Shown here piece after piece: positions 1-11,620 of a stretch of 64,000 nucleotides of DNA. Position numbers and translations under genes: made by a program. The stretch comes from Octopus vulgaris (Eukaryota), in NCBI GenBank assembly GCA_951406725.2, contig OX597825.1, positions 34,596,001 through 34,660,000 on the forward strand, written 5' to 3'. Position 1 is the stretch's first letter. Each line of letters begins with the position of its first letter. A model generated the notes under the pieces. It was not told where the DNA came from. It ran no database searches and saw nothing but the letters and a program-made list of their open reading frames with translations.

Positions 1-480
1 AACTCAGAACATAAAGAGCTGGAACAAACATCTCAAGGAATTTTTTGCCGACTGTCTAACGATTCTGTCAAATAATGATAATGATAATTCTTACCATTAT
101 AGGCACAAAGCCTGACATTTGCGGGGAGAAGGCAAATCGATTATATTGACCTCCGTTTTCAATTGGTACTTATTTCCGCGACCCTGAAAGGATGAAAGAT
201 AAAGTCGGCCTCGACGGAATTTGAACTTATTGCGGCAGAACTACTACTAAGCATTTTGTCCGATGCGCTAATCATTCTGCCAGCTCGCCGATTTTATCTT
301 TTCTACTTTAGGCACAACGCCTAACATTTTTGGGGCGATGAGACTAGTCGATTATCGATCCCTGTGTTCAACTGGTACTTTCGTCAACTGACTTTAGTGG
401 CATTTGAACTCAGAGCCTAAAGACGGATGAAATGTTGTTAAACATTTTGTTCGGCAGGTTAATGATTCTACTAGGTCAGC
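1..480 (-). mobile_element. Three head-to-tail partial copies of OR-like tRNA-derived SINE
   Basis: Repeated blocks 'aggcacaa.gcct..cattt', 'caactggtact', 'gaatttgaactcaga', 'tctgccagctcgccg' are the reverse complement of the full copy at 1534-1751. Confidence 0.85.
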
Positions 481-624
481 CAGCACGCGCAAATTTGTGT
501 GGCTGGACGATTAAGTGGGGGAGGTGAAAAACGTTATACAGTATAAAATCGGACGAATTAAAAATTTATAAAAGAAAAATACACGTTCTATATAGAATAG
601 TTCGATTAAATCAATTAAATTATG

Positions 625-632
625 TATGTATA

Positions 633-687
<55 letters not shown>
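625..687. repeat. (TG)n(TA)n compound microsatellite
   Basis: Directly visible. Confidence 0.98.
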
Positions 688-689
<2 letters not shown>

Positions 690-1200
690 GGTCAGGCAAC
701 TTGCCTGGGCCAATGCAGCTGTTTCATAGCAGCTGTCAGGATCTTCTGTATCTTCGACTTGATGTCCAGGTCTTCCAGAATTTGATCGATTTCTGTATGC
801 CCTTTTTAATCTGCCGATACCTGTATGTCCATGCGTAAGTTTCCAGGGAAAGAGATCGTTGGATATTTCATCCTTGTTTCTCCAGCAGTGTCTTTCTTAC
901 ATGTATATCAGGTACAAGAAACAAGACAATTCAATCCCAGATTGGTTGAATTTAGATACGTATGCGCTACAGGCCGTTTCGTACGCCATGCAATTATTCA
1001 TAATACGATCATTAGGCTCACTGGAACTCAGTCGATTTGAGTTCAAGTATGTTTTTATGATTGCTTAATGTAATTATTGGATGACGCACAATACAATCAA
1101 TAACCATAAGCTCATTTTTTTTGTTTTTACTTGTTTGATATGAGTATTCCCGTGACCTTTACAAGCTCTCCGTTGTAGATTAGATCAAAATCAGGAACGT
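690..1200 (-). mobile_element. Decayed RTE-type LINE, ORF C-terminus
   Basis: Minus-strand translation RHCWRNKDEISNDLFPWKLTHGHTGIGR resembles the RTE C-terminal motif GHCWRSKDELISDVLLWTPTHG..GRP; stops and frameshifts upstream. Confidence 0.7.
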
Positions 1201-1533
1201 TTCTCTTGAACCACTGCAAGTCAACATTTGCGGGAAGGACGAGAGAGAGAGAGAGTTCCATAAACCGTTGTTATCGAAAGGAAGGACTGGGCCAAATGGT
1301 AAGTGTAATACCCGAGGAGTGGACGCAATAAGAGTAATGGAGACAGGAGAGATGAGTGGGTTGGAAATTCTTTATTGGAGATACAGTAAACTCATCCCTC
1401 CTATCCGGCACCACTGGGACTTTCCTGATATCTGATCATCACTTTTTAAATTATCATGACACCTAACAAAAGTCATTAAGCTATACATATATCAGTGGTA
1501 TCGTTAATATTCTAAATATAGTAATAATGAGAG

Positions 1534-1751
1534 GAAGGCGGCGAGCTGGCAGAATCGTTAGCACGCCGGGCGAAATGCGTAGCCGTATTTCGTCTACCGT
1601 TACGTTCTGAGTTCAAATCCCGCCGAGGACGACTTTGCCTTTCATCCTTTCGGGGTCGATAAATTAAGTACCAGTAACGCACTGAGGTCGATGTAATTGA
1701 CTTAATCCGTTTGTCTGTCCTAGTTTGGTCCCTTGTGGGTAATAAAGAAAC
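1534..1751 (+). mobile_element. Full-length OR-like tRNA-derived SINE with 18-bp target-site duplication
   Basis: A-box-like GGCGGCGAGCTGGCAGAATCG and B-box GAGTTCAAATCCC; perfect TSD ATATAGTAATAATGAGAG at 1516-1533 and 1752-1769; CpGs intact. Confidence 0.92.
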
Positions 1752-1879
1752 ATATAGTAATAATGAGAGAAACAGGAATGATTAAAAGTGTAATTTAACT
1801 AAAGAACAAATTTAATTAAACCTAATTATATACAGGTACTGTAAGTGTTGTAAAATAAAATACTGTGCTTTATCTTGAG

Positions 1880-2460
1880 CAGCAACGACCCATTTTAGAT
1901 ATTGCAGAAAGTTGCTTTAGATGACAACACAAATAAATAAAAATCCCCTTGTCTCGAATTAATGATACATTCTTGTTTTGGTGCCAGTTGCTCGAAAGTT
2001 CCGGTTATTTGAGTACCGGATAACAAGGCATTTACCCAGCCGACTCCAAGAGGAAATGCTATTATAGTACCGGTAGGAAAAGCAATTAGAAGAGACGTCG
2101 CACCTGTGATCTAAAAGATGGACGTGTCTGTGTGCAGCGCAGCAGCAGCATCAGCTATTCTCTTGCAGGCTTCGTTTAAGCTTTGTAGAGTGTCAATAAT
2201 TGCTGGGTGGCTGGATTTAGCTGAAAAGTTTTCTGGGCCTTTTCGCCTGGAGAGATCCTTGCTAATAGTGAGGTCCACCGTGTGGTACGATCGTGCGAAC
2301 TTTGGCTGTATACTGTCCATGTTCAAGGCTGTGAATGCGATCAGTTTTCCTTAATATGAATATCGTTTGTGTTTTCTCGCTGACACAAGATTGACATCAT
2401 ATCCACCATTGAAGAATGCTTTTGAAATCGCCATTCATGGAATCAGTATGGGATTGGTGT
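1880..2460 (-). mobile_element. Decayed RTE LINE reverse transcriptase remnant
   Basis: EWRFQKHSSMVDMMSILCQRE resembles QCGFR..RSTIDMIFTLRQLQEK; TFEQLAPKQECII resembles F.VTNGVKQGCVL; interrupted by stops. Confidence 0.5.
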
Positions 2461-2659
2461 GTGGTGTATAGATTGTATGTGAATGATGTTTAGTTGGGGG
2501 CCTCATGTTCCTCTGTCGGAGCGACGAGGACCATCTAATCATATTTGAGAATGATGATTTGCGCCATCTTACTTTCTCGTTCATGAGAATTTTCAATCCA
2601 GTGGGAAGATCAGGTCAAGACAATTGAGGATGGAGATGATGTAGTAAATAACCAAGATG

Positions 2660-2748
2660 TCTTATTTGCCTCGTCTTGCTATCCGCCCTCTTATTTGCCT
2701 CGTCTTGCTATCCGCCCTCTTATTTGCCTCGTCTTGCTATCCGCCCTC
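2660..2748. repeat. 29-bp minisatellite, 3 perfect copies (TCTTATTTGCCTCGTCTTGCTATCCGCCC)
   Basis: Directly visible, contiguous with no spacers. Confidence 0.97.
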
Positions 2749-2749
2749 C

Positions 2750-3010
2750 ACAGTGGGTTGCTGCAGCTGTCTATATTGAACTATTAAAGTTTCTTCCGCA
2801 GAGTCCGCCGGACCCAGTCTTCACATGCAATGGTAAGAATTCCCTAATATGCTAATTGACCTATATCTAGGATCTAGGCAGGTGCTACTACTCCGATTCA
2901 GAGTAGACCTGTGAACAATAGTGGCTGAGAGGTAATTCCCACATTCTTCAAAACCCTGGAACTCCTGGACCAGGGCCTCCCTATCGGATGCAGTTTAAAG
3001 TTATGCCCAA
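2750..3010. mobile_element. Unclassified SINE-like interspersed repeat fragment
   Basis: 'ggtgctactactccgattcagagtagacctg...ccacattc...cggatgcagtttaaagttatgccca' resembles a common cephalopod repeat (recalled, not verified). Confidence 0.45.
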
Positions 3011-3019
3011 TTTGCTGGT

Positions 3020-3130
3020 AGATTACAGAAGAATGAATGGTAGCATCGTCTGCATAAGAGTGAACTTCATTCAACGTGACGACTAGTGGGTGATTGATGA
3101 GTTGAGAGGAAATAGTAAGGGACTGTGTGG
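3020..3130 (-). mobile_element. CR1/Jockey-group LINE RT fragment containing YADD
   Basis: Minus strand: SPLLF, then after a frameshift INHPLVVTLNEVHSYADDATIHSS. Confidence 0.7.
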
Positions 3131-4493
3131 AAAAGGAGTCGTTATTTTAATGTGTGTAATAAAAACAGCGGACATACAGCTGAGTTGTGTTTATTGTATA
3201 CTTGGAGAGTTGTTTTAGAAAGCTTGAGCTGAGTTTCAATGCTCTCATGTTCACGTTCATTTTCATTGTGAATATGGTTCTGCATTTCATTTTACTGCAA
3301 CTCCACTGCCTTCATTAAGCATTCAGTATATTCTGTGTGCCTCTCTATCTACCTTTTTTCCTTGTGCAATACCTACAAGTATTGATGATCATGGACCGCC
3401 GTCTAAAGATTCATGACTTCATGGAAGAGATACAGCAATGGCTTTCCGTTGCCTTCTGCCGGTGTATTTACAGTTTATGCTGCTAGTCTCCTGCTCTCTT
3501 GAGCTTAACTTAAGGCACAGGGCCTATTTTAATCTTTAAGCAGAGAGACTGCTTCATATGACATCATGGTGTGTTCCCATATCGTTAAACTTGTGTGACA
3601 CATGTTTAGAGACCAGTCAACTCCCAATTCCTGTATCTCTTAGCCACAAGATCATCTTCTGCTATTTAACCCATAACTGGTGCTCTTGAGAGGCCCTACT
3701 ATCCCAAGCCAGAGCGAACCTGGGAATAATGTGATTATGATTAACAAATATTTTTTACCGGCAGCGTAGCGATGGATAGGGCTTAGTCATTTATAAAAAT
3801 ACAGTTATTAGGAATTTAAGTTACTGAAGTTGAATGGCAATAACAATTAGAAATTATTCAAAAAGGCACGTGCACTCTTTCATTTACACACTACATCTAA
3901 AAATACTTGTCTTGCCCTTTAAAATTTTTTTACCGTAACCCAAAATAAGGTATTACTGCAAGTAATCGCAGGGCTGAGGCACTGAAACAGCCAAGCATCC
4001 TCAGGAGTATAACTTGATACTTCAGTAAGACGAGACGCCAACAATAACACAAATTTCGTTGTCAGCGGCCCTACTTCCACCGGATGTCTCGAATGTCACG
4101 GATTGCAAAATATAATTCACCGGTAAATTAAGGTATTTTATTGCTCTTGTTCCGTTCGACTAAGAACGTTGTAGTCCCTCCCTCCCACATACACACACCA
4201 TCTGCTGCAGCATCGAGGATGAGAGATGGGACGAAAGCATCATTAACAGAGGGGTTTTATATGAGGTAATTCTAGCCCAAGGGCAAAAGGGTTTGCGCAA
4301 TGGGCCTTTTTCCAACAATTCTGGGCAATCCACTGTCTCTACAGTTGAGGATATGTTTACTCTTGCTCGAGCTCATTTTATAAGTAGATTTTACTCAATT
4401 TGATGACCAAAGCACCCTCGTTAAATCTTTATGAAAATGCCCAGAATTAATAGAGGTTGTTAGTCTCATACAATAAAAACCAGCTTGAGCCAC

Positions 4494-4543
<50 letters not shown>
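4494..4543. repeat. (TA)n(GA)n microsatellite
   Basis: Directly visible. Confidence 0.98.
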
Positions 4544-5499
4544 TGTGTATACTGGTAGATGTGTGACTGTTACTGTTGAGTTCAGAGCTCTACGTAAATT
4601 ATTGTCATCCATTCTGCTTCCAGTATTGTGGTTTAGCTACTGCTATACTTAGTAAAATTACTAGTTATGACATACAGAACAAATGTAGGGGGAATTGCGT
4701 TGAACACAACTTTATGTCATTTATTCCTACGTATGTTTCACCATTGCGGTTATTTGGAACTGTGCATCGTATTTCCAAGTGTAATTGGATTCTTATCCAC
4801 AACGAATCATTGGGAAACACTTCATGCATTGTTACAGGGAGTGAAAGATCAAAACAATCATAATGATGAAACGTGCATTGGGACAAATGATATAAACTTG
4901 TGTTTATTGTAATTTCTCTCTCTCACGCATATATACATACGCGCGCATACACCTACATACATACATACATACATACACGTGTGTGTGTGTGTGTGTGTGT
5001 TTATATCTATGTTTCAGTTTTCCTGGTACCCATCATGGTCTTTAAAGATGCCTATCACAGGAAAAGATTAATTAACCTGTACCCATATACACACACATAC
5101 GCTCATTCATAGGAATAATTATATCAAACAAATATACGCACATACATCCATACAGGTATGGGTGTATGTATATATATACACGCGCGCGCGCTCATATATA
5201 CATTCATACATACACTTATACAAACATATATATACACGCTGTCATTGGTATGCATGTATTTCTACTTTCATTTGCCATTCTTTAGACTCATACTTGCATA
5301 CATTAGTATGTACATACATGCACACACACACACACACACATAGACATCTGTACTATTGGCGGTTCCTCGCTGTATGGCGTCAGGTTAAATCAATATTTTC
5401 CCCTCCCACGCATTCCTTATACGCTTTTTACATATTTTTTCGTTTAACGCTAATGTGTACATATCTAAACATAACAGTAACGATACAAACAACAACAAC

Positions 5500-5533
<34 letters not shown>

Positions 5534-6574
5534 GTAGTAGAAGAAGTAGCATTTTGAAGTAGATAACATATTGATATAACTACGTGATCATTGGTGCATT
5601 CATAATACAGGTCAGCAACAATACAAACTTGCCATTATAAAGAATCACTTAATTTTAAGTACATTTTTGAGTTAATAAAAGATTGATATCATATTGAATA
5701 TTATATATTCTTTCTAAATTCCAGAAACGAACTTTTCAGTCTATGGTTATATGTTAAGATAATCTCCGAGTATTTGTTTATTTTCACTTTTTTATGACCG
5801 TAAATTGTGTTAACCATTTCACTAACGCCTTATTTCCCCCCCCCCCCCACTTTATTGTGCTCTCTATCCATTTATTTTGGTCCATGTATAGAATTTGGTT
5901 TTTAGGAGTAACTGCCTCTATCTGATAGAAATCTAATTTATACGCCAATCTAGCCCACAAAGCGAAACTAGTTTGACACCTGATCTACCACGTCAAGGGA
6001 CCACATTGAGACCCCATTGTTCACACGAAATAAGAGTCGTTATTGGCAGACCGTTTATGAGCCTTGTTAACAGCTCACAAGCCACAAACTTATTTCACAC
6101 TTAACAATTTTGCTTTAGCAAATATGATTAGTCAAAGTACGAAAGAAGAAATTTCAAAAATTCTATTGCAAACGTTTAAAACAAATTAAATTTAAAGTTT
6201 CTAAAACGCAAATTTACAGTTCAGTGTTGCAAAAGCAGGAAAAGTAAGGGGAGTTTATAATTTATCCTTGGACCCTAAAAATGAATGAATTTGTCTGGCA
6301 TGATTAATACATTTCTCAGTTAAACAAATAGGGCTTTCATACATTGGCATAAAAAGCCAGGAAACTGCATAATCGATTAGATGAACTTCAGCATGTGTGT
6401 GTGCTATTTTATCGATTGCGGGCATGGGATGGGGCAGCCTCATTTTACATCGACCCCGTGTATTTTAAGGGACTGGCGTATACCTAAGTTATATTTGAGC
6501 TGAGAAAGTAGACGTATGAAATTAGATACTGTAAAACATTTCAGTTGTCTGCCAGCCTCGAGCCAACAAAACTT

Positions 6575-6965
6575 TTAAGCGGTTGCTTGACTTACCGAAT
6601 AAAACAACCAAATCGCTCTCAAATCACACCTTATCACATTCAAAGTACAATTAAGTCCTTTCTATACAAAAAGACGATATAGTCATGGCTGGAACGTCTT
6701 TGATCACTAATCCATTAGCATATAATCCGGCCATATCAGATCCAAATATTTTACCTGTTTTATATTCAAACTGGTGAGATCCAGACTCTCACACCTACTC
6801 TACAATGTCATTCTAAATACCATCAAAATCTCAATGCTACAAGATAATACACGGTTGATTCAAAATAATGAAAATAAGCATTGCATTTGACAGAGTAACC
6901 TGAACGCTAAAGAGTTAATCCAATTCTGTTAGATCAGAGAAGACCTAAGGGCTAAACAAAAACTA
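6575..6965 (+). mobile_element. SINE-like element with (CAA)-type tail, interrupted by a MITE; many degraded copies elsewhere (e.g. 19225-19670, 34750-35110, 41105-41520, 49730-50030, 56310-56470)
   Basis: Shared blocks 'ccaaatc.c.ctcaaatcacacc', 'gtcatggctggaa...tttgatca', 'gggctaaacaa'. Confidence 0.7.
6707..6918 (-). mobile_element. piggyBac-like MITE family A
   Basis: Reverse copy of the element at 36633-36845; degenerate CCCTTTAGCATT termini at TTAA-like sites. Confidence 0.75.
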
Positions 6966-7742
6966 CTCTGTAGTTTTTTGCTATTATTGGTAATAATAAT
7001 TGATGACGACGACGATGATGATGGCTATGATTATGTAACAGCGGCACTCTTTTCCATGCCTTTACAGCTGTTAAGCTAAATTTACAATAAGTATTATCTT
7101 GGCTTAGACACATATTCCGCTGACAGTGAGTGAGTAGAGTTGGTATGCTTTGATTTAAGCTAGATGGGGAGGTGAACGAATGAATAAGAAGAGAAACAAA
7201 GCACCCACCATATCCTCTTAGCTCTTCTCCCTCCTTTCACGTGTCAACAATTACCTGCCGTCCTACTTGATGCTAAATACGCCTGAGCCTTACACCGAAG
7301 AAAAATTGTAACTTTATTACAACGTTCCAGAAATAAACACGAATAATTAACCTTTGTTTAGCTTAACACACCAATTATCTATGACATCAGTGTCATGTAA
7401 ATTAATCAATCCAGTTAGGGACCTGGAAACAGTCTTTTTATATCTCATTCACCATTCCAAATTTAACATTAATTCTATTTTAAACAAGAGCTCTGTTTCA
7501 CAATGAACCATTTTACTCTGTGTGTGTGTGTTGCGCGCGCGTGCATGCATGCGTGTAAGTATGTGTGTGTGTTTTCTTTACTGTCAACATAGTAACAGGA
7601 ATGAAAACAATTAAATATACAATCTAAAAGATACACTCAAAGTTTAGAATTACTGTTAGGACTAACTTTAGTACCTTATCCTTTACCAAAAACCTAGGTA
7701 CTACAGTACAAATCTTATAGAGCCTTTATCTATTTTTCTATC

Positions 7743-7745
<3 letters not shown>

Positions 7746-7830
<85 letters not shown>
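7746..7830. repeat. (TA)n(CA)n microsatellite
   Basis: Directly visible. Confidence 0.98.
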
Positions 7831-7834
<4 letters not shown>

Positions 7835-8740
7835 CTGGCGTACCCGGTAATTCCCGGGAAAGCGGGGTTTATCCCTTTGTTCCGTTCTCATAATTGTTTC
7901 GCTAATCCAGTAACAACAATACAAAGTATGTATCCCTTAAAACGGATTTTGTGCATTTACAGAGAAAGAACTGTCTTACACAGGATCTTGTTTTTAAGAA
8001 TTCCCAACAAGTTATAAATACCCAAATTGTAAAGTTAGTTATGTAATAACATGAAATTAGTTACCCGATAGTAAGAATTCAAATAAAGTAGCTACGAAAA
8101 GGGTTTTAATACGTTCGCAGAGTATATAGAACTTAGGAGGAAATGTCAATAAGGTATATATGCTAAAATTGTGAAGTATGTTACGTAACAACAGGCTAAT
8201 CAGGTATGAGATAACAATTCAAAGTAAATAAATCAGAAAAGGGCTTTTGTGCGTTCCCAGAGAATATTACCCTCAGCGGCGCTAGTGTTTGTATATTCGT
8301 GAATAAGTCAGTAACCGAAATAAGCAGATCTATTGTTTAGGAAAATACTATTTACTTGTTTAAGCGTTGTACTGGATAAATTGCGAAAATAACAGTTCAA
8401 GTACTACGAAATAAGCATACTCAATTTGATTTATACCAAATAATTTATGAAAATGAATGGGTTATTTCACTTGGCTATATTAAGGATCTCTTCCAGGAGC
8501 GAATGGGTTATTTCCCTTGGATGTTTAAATGAAATATATTACTTATATGTGGTAGATATAAGGATCCCTTTCAGGGGCCCTATTATCGACTTTTTTTCAA
8601 CAATCTAAGTATGTCATTAGGTTTCCAGACATGAGTTCTACTCACATGTCAAGTTTCATAAAAATCGATAAAATGATCGAGGAGGAGTTAGCTAACAAGT
8701 CCACAAACAAACACATCCAGAATTTTCCACACGTAGCGTG
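7829..8740 (+). mobile_element. Non-autonomous Helitron/Helentron-like element (Lep1/DINE-1-like architecture)
   Basis: 5' ACTAGCTGGCGTACCCGGTAATTCCCGGG (CTAG plus short hairpin); 3' 'aagtttcataaaaatcg...gaggaggagttagc...acaaacaaacaca'; no TIR or TSD. Confidence 0.6.
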
Positions 8741-8751
8741 TGTGTGTGTGT

Positions 8752-9084
8752 ATATATATATTACAGGAAAAAGGACAACAAAAATCAAGGTAGGACCAGC
8801 ATCACAAGTAATTTAGAATAATTTAGAGTATGGTGAATTTGAAGTCTTACAGCTGTTTCTGGGGTATCCTAAGTGATAGGCGAGCATGACCGTACACTGG
8901 GTATTCCATCATCAAAGACAAGGTGATGACGGAATACCCAATGTATGGACATGCTAGCCTATCACTTCGGATATCCCAGAAACACCTGTTAGGCTTCAAA
9001 TTCACATTATCCTAATTAAATTGTTCTAAATGAATTGAGGTACTCATCCTGCCTTGGTTTTTGTTGTACTTTTCCCGCTAATAT
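8752..9084. mobile_element. About 330-bp palindrome (tail-to-tail Penelope-like termini) with degenerate hammerhead cores
   Basis: Arms are reverse-complementary around 8913-8923; TGATGA..stem..GAAACA(G/C)CTGT motif on both strands. Confidence 0.65.
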
Positions 9085-9160
9085 CATACCTGCTAACACG
9101 GAAGCCTAATACAGATCCCTAGCTCCAACCTCAGCTGTGAACTTGGAACCTAACGGATGA

Positions 9161-9547
9161 CTAATTATAGCACTTGTTGTCACTTAAAGCATGCAGAACC
9201 TCTGCTCCATACTTCTGAACCTTTCCCATCGAGTGAAGATGCTTCTCTATAGCAGTGTGGGAGCATTCCATTTTCTCTGCCAGTTCCCTTGTCGTTTGAC
9301 GAGAACTTTCGTGCAAAATTTGGTTTAATCGCTCTTCATCGAACTCAACTGGACGAGGTGCGTCTTTGAGGTCAAAATTTCCATTTTTGAATTTGGCATA
9401 CCATTCACGAGCGATTCTTTCAGCTATGGCACCCTCTCCATACACAGCACAAATGTTGCGAGCAGCTTTTGCAGCCTTAGAACATTGATTAAAAGCAAAA
9501 AGAAGGAGGTGTTGAAAATGCTCGTTTTTCTTAACTTGACATTCCAT
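9161..9547 (-). pseudogene. Mariner transposase N-terminal HTH region (128 aa), catalytic DD34D domain absent
   Basis: ICAVYGEGAI.ER..REWYAKFKNGNFDLKDAPR(SGR deleted)PVEFD...TTRELAE...SHTAIEKHLHSMGKVQK; WVPHEL degenerated to EVLHAL. Confidence 0.9.
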
Positions 9548-9715
9548 TTTAATGATCTGAAAATAAACTAAAATTAACTAGAAAAAGACAAAAAAAAAGA
9601 ACAAAATAGATTCCAAAATAGAATTCTTGAAAAAAAAAAATAGATTCCAAAATTTAAAAACGCAATAAATTCCAAAATTAAAAAAAAACAAAAAACGGCG
9701 GGAACTTAGTTGCCA

Positions 9716-9721
<6 letters not shown>
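9161..9721 (-). mobile_element. 3'-truncated mariner transposon (mellifera-like) with left TIR
   Basis: TIR TAGGGTTGGCAACTAAGTTCCCGCCGTTTT abutting (TA)n; contains transposase ORF 9161-9547. Confidence 0.92.

Positions 9722-9764
<43 letters not shown>
9720..9764. repeat. (TA)n microsatellite
   Basis: Directly visible. Confidence 0.98.
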
Positions 9765-9767
<3 letters not shown>

Positions 9768-10424
9768 GAATGTGTGTGTATTGTGTATCTGCGTATATAG
9801 ATATATATTTATGAATGTGTGTTTATGTTGTGTGTGTCTATGTACATATACGAACACACATTTGTGTATATATGCTGTGTGCATGTGTGTGTAATCGTTT
9901 GCTTCTTCCTAGGCAGGTATAATGAGAAGATCTATAGAAGACTTACAAAACAACAGCCGCAAGAAAATTAAAATTTTTTTCGTTCAATCTTGCCTTCAGC
10001 GTTGAAATAATTGTGTTGTCATTCATTACCACACAAATCACGAGTTCTTCAATAGCAAAAATAACATCCAGAATAAGCTGTAACTGTGTATCACATATAA
10101 ATGATATGAAAGAGCAAAACAACAGAGTTTATTGAGCATCTCTAATTATAGGTAAAGAGAAGCTAGTGTAGATTCGTTGAAAAATAATCCGTTGCTTGGA
10201 TTCATAGGCAGTGGATGTTGTCATCGAATAACATTTTACTCATTGCAAAACCTTGTCCCCATAGTAACTAACGAAACTTCACTATATAACACAGTCTACT
10301 ATTTAAAGAAGATACGTGCATGATTAACAAATATTTTTACTGACAGCGTACCGACGGATAAAGACCTAGTATGTGTCTAAATTAAAATTTCAAAATACCG
10401 TTTTGGGGGATTTAAAAATTTTTT

Positions 10425-10855
10425 GGATCTTTTCGGTTTGAACGGCAGTTTTTTCTAGCGGTGTCATATGAAATTGTCACCCATAATAATGACCCTAGAA
10501 TCGATCTGTTGCATTTCAATTTCTTTTAGGGTTGGAGTTAGTTAGGGCTAGGGGTGGGGGGAAGGGTATCTTTTTTTCTTCACAAATGTAAATAAACCCA
10601 ATCTGTTTCTTAAACGAGGGACATATTCATACGGCACAGAATGCTTTTTAACTCAATGGACGTCATCGATTGGTTGAAATTGCAGAAATTGAAGAAAAAA
10701 AAACAACAACAAATATCTTACAAACTATAGAATTTTCTCAATAAAGCCAAGAAAAAAAGATGTTTTATAAACACATTCTACCAGTATGCGAAGTTTAAAA
10801 TTTTTTAGTTACCTAGAAATTATGTTAAAAACTGCCGTTCAAACCGAAAAGATCC
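10425..10855. mobile_element. MULE (Mutator)-like MITE, 431 bp
   Basis: Perfect 29-bp TIR GGATCTTTTCGGTTTGAACGGCAGTTTTT; about 10-bp AT-rich TSD AAAATTTTTT at 10415-10424 and 10856-10865. Confidence 0.85.
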
Positions 10856-11269
10856 AAAATTTTTTTACAGAATCAGAATCTCCATACTCGAAAATGGGGG
10901 GAGTCTGTGCAAAAAATAAAAAAAAATAGTGGGGTGCGGTCCACATTCTCTACGTCCGCCGCGCAAAACCCTTACCTTATTCTAACAGAAAGTCAAACCA
11001 CTTGCAATTTCTCATCCCTTTTCTCTTAATATGGAAAGAGTGATATGAACCCAGTTACATTTTACTGTCGTCGTTTGCAATCCAGCCAGTTTGCCACTGA
11101 CAGCATACAAATTAAACAAAATCTGGTTTGTGTCTTGTAGCGAAAAACATTAATCATAAAATTTCCCGTCCAACGGATCTCTTATACATTGTGTCATTAC
11201 ATCATTTCTTTGCTTTGAGAAACTCTATTGACCGACACACAGTATTCAAACTCGGGGGATATTTAATCC

Positions 11270-11620
11270 TAATCTAATTATTGCTGTCGTGATGCCATTG
11301 AATGTTTGTAAATATTTAGTTTGTGGATTCTTTCACAGCAGGAAAAGAGTGGAGAGTTTGACAGGAGAGGTTATGATGTAAGCTTGGCTAACATCTTCGT
11401 CTGCTCTCTGACAGATTTGTGGTTGAGCTTGTGATAGTGGAGACCTCTGGCGTTCATGGATACCGGACCACGTCCCTGCTCAATGTTACCGGAGCGGAGA
11501 TGAATATCTGCAAGTGTGAGCCCCGTGAGTCGAAGTGGCTGTTCCAGCGCGTCTCTCTCGCCATACTCCGGGGCAACGCGGTTTTTTTATTTTCTGCGAC
11601 GGGACCACGAGTTGGATAGA
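11270..11620 (+). mobile_element. CRE-clade non-LTR retrotransposon 3' fragment (restriction-like endonuclease)
   Basis: ORF 11419-11619 VETSGVHG...EPRESKWLFQRVSLAILRGNA matches the CRE C-terminal VET.G..G...DPRE..FLFQR.S.AIQRGNA; VDSF upstream. Confidence 0.78.

Noticed and set aside
511-838. ORFs rich in YI/CV/HT/N/I runs (here and at 4900-5557, 7730, 9678, 26956-27674, 50096-52355, 60125)
   Set aside because: Translations of stop-free microsatellites, not proteins
1534-1630. tRNA genes at GTTCAAATCC/GTTCGATTC motifs
   Set aside because: These are SINE heads with bodies, tails and TSDs; no complete cloverleaf seen
2660-2748. 29-bp repeats as a CRISPR array
   Set aside because: No spacers, no cas genes, eukaryotic context
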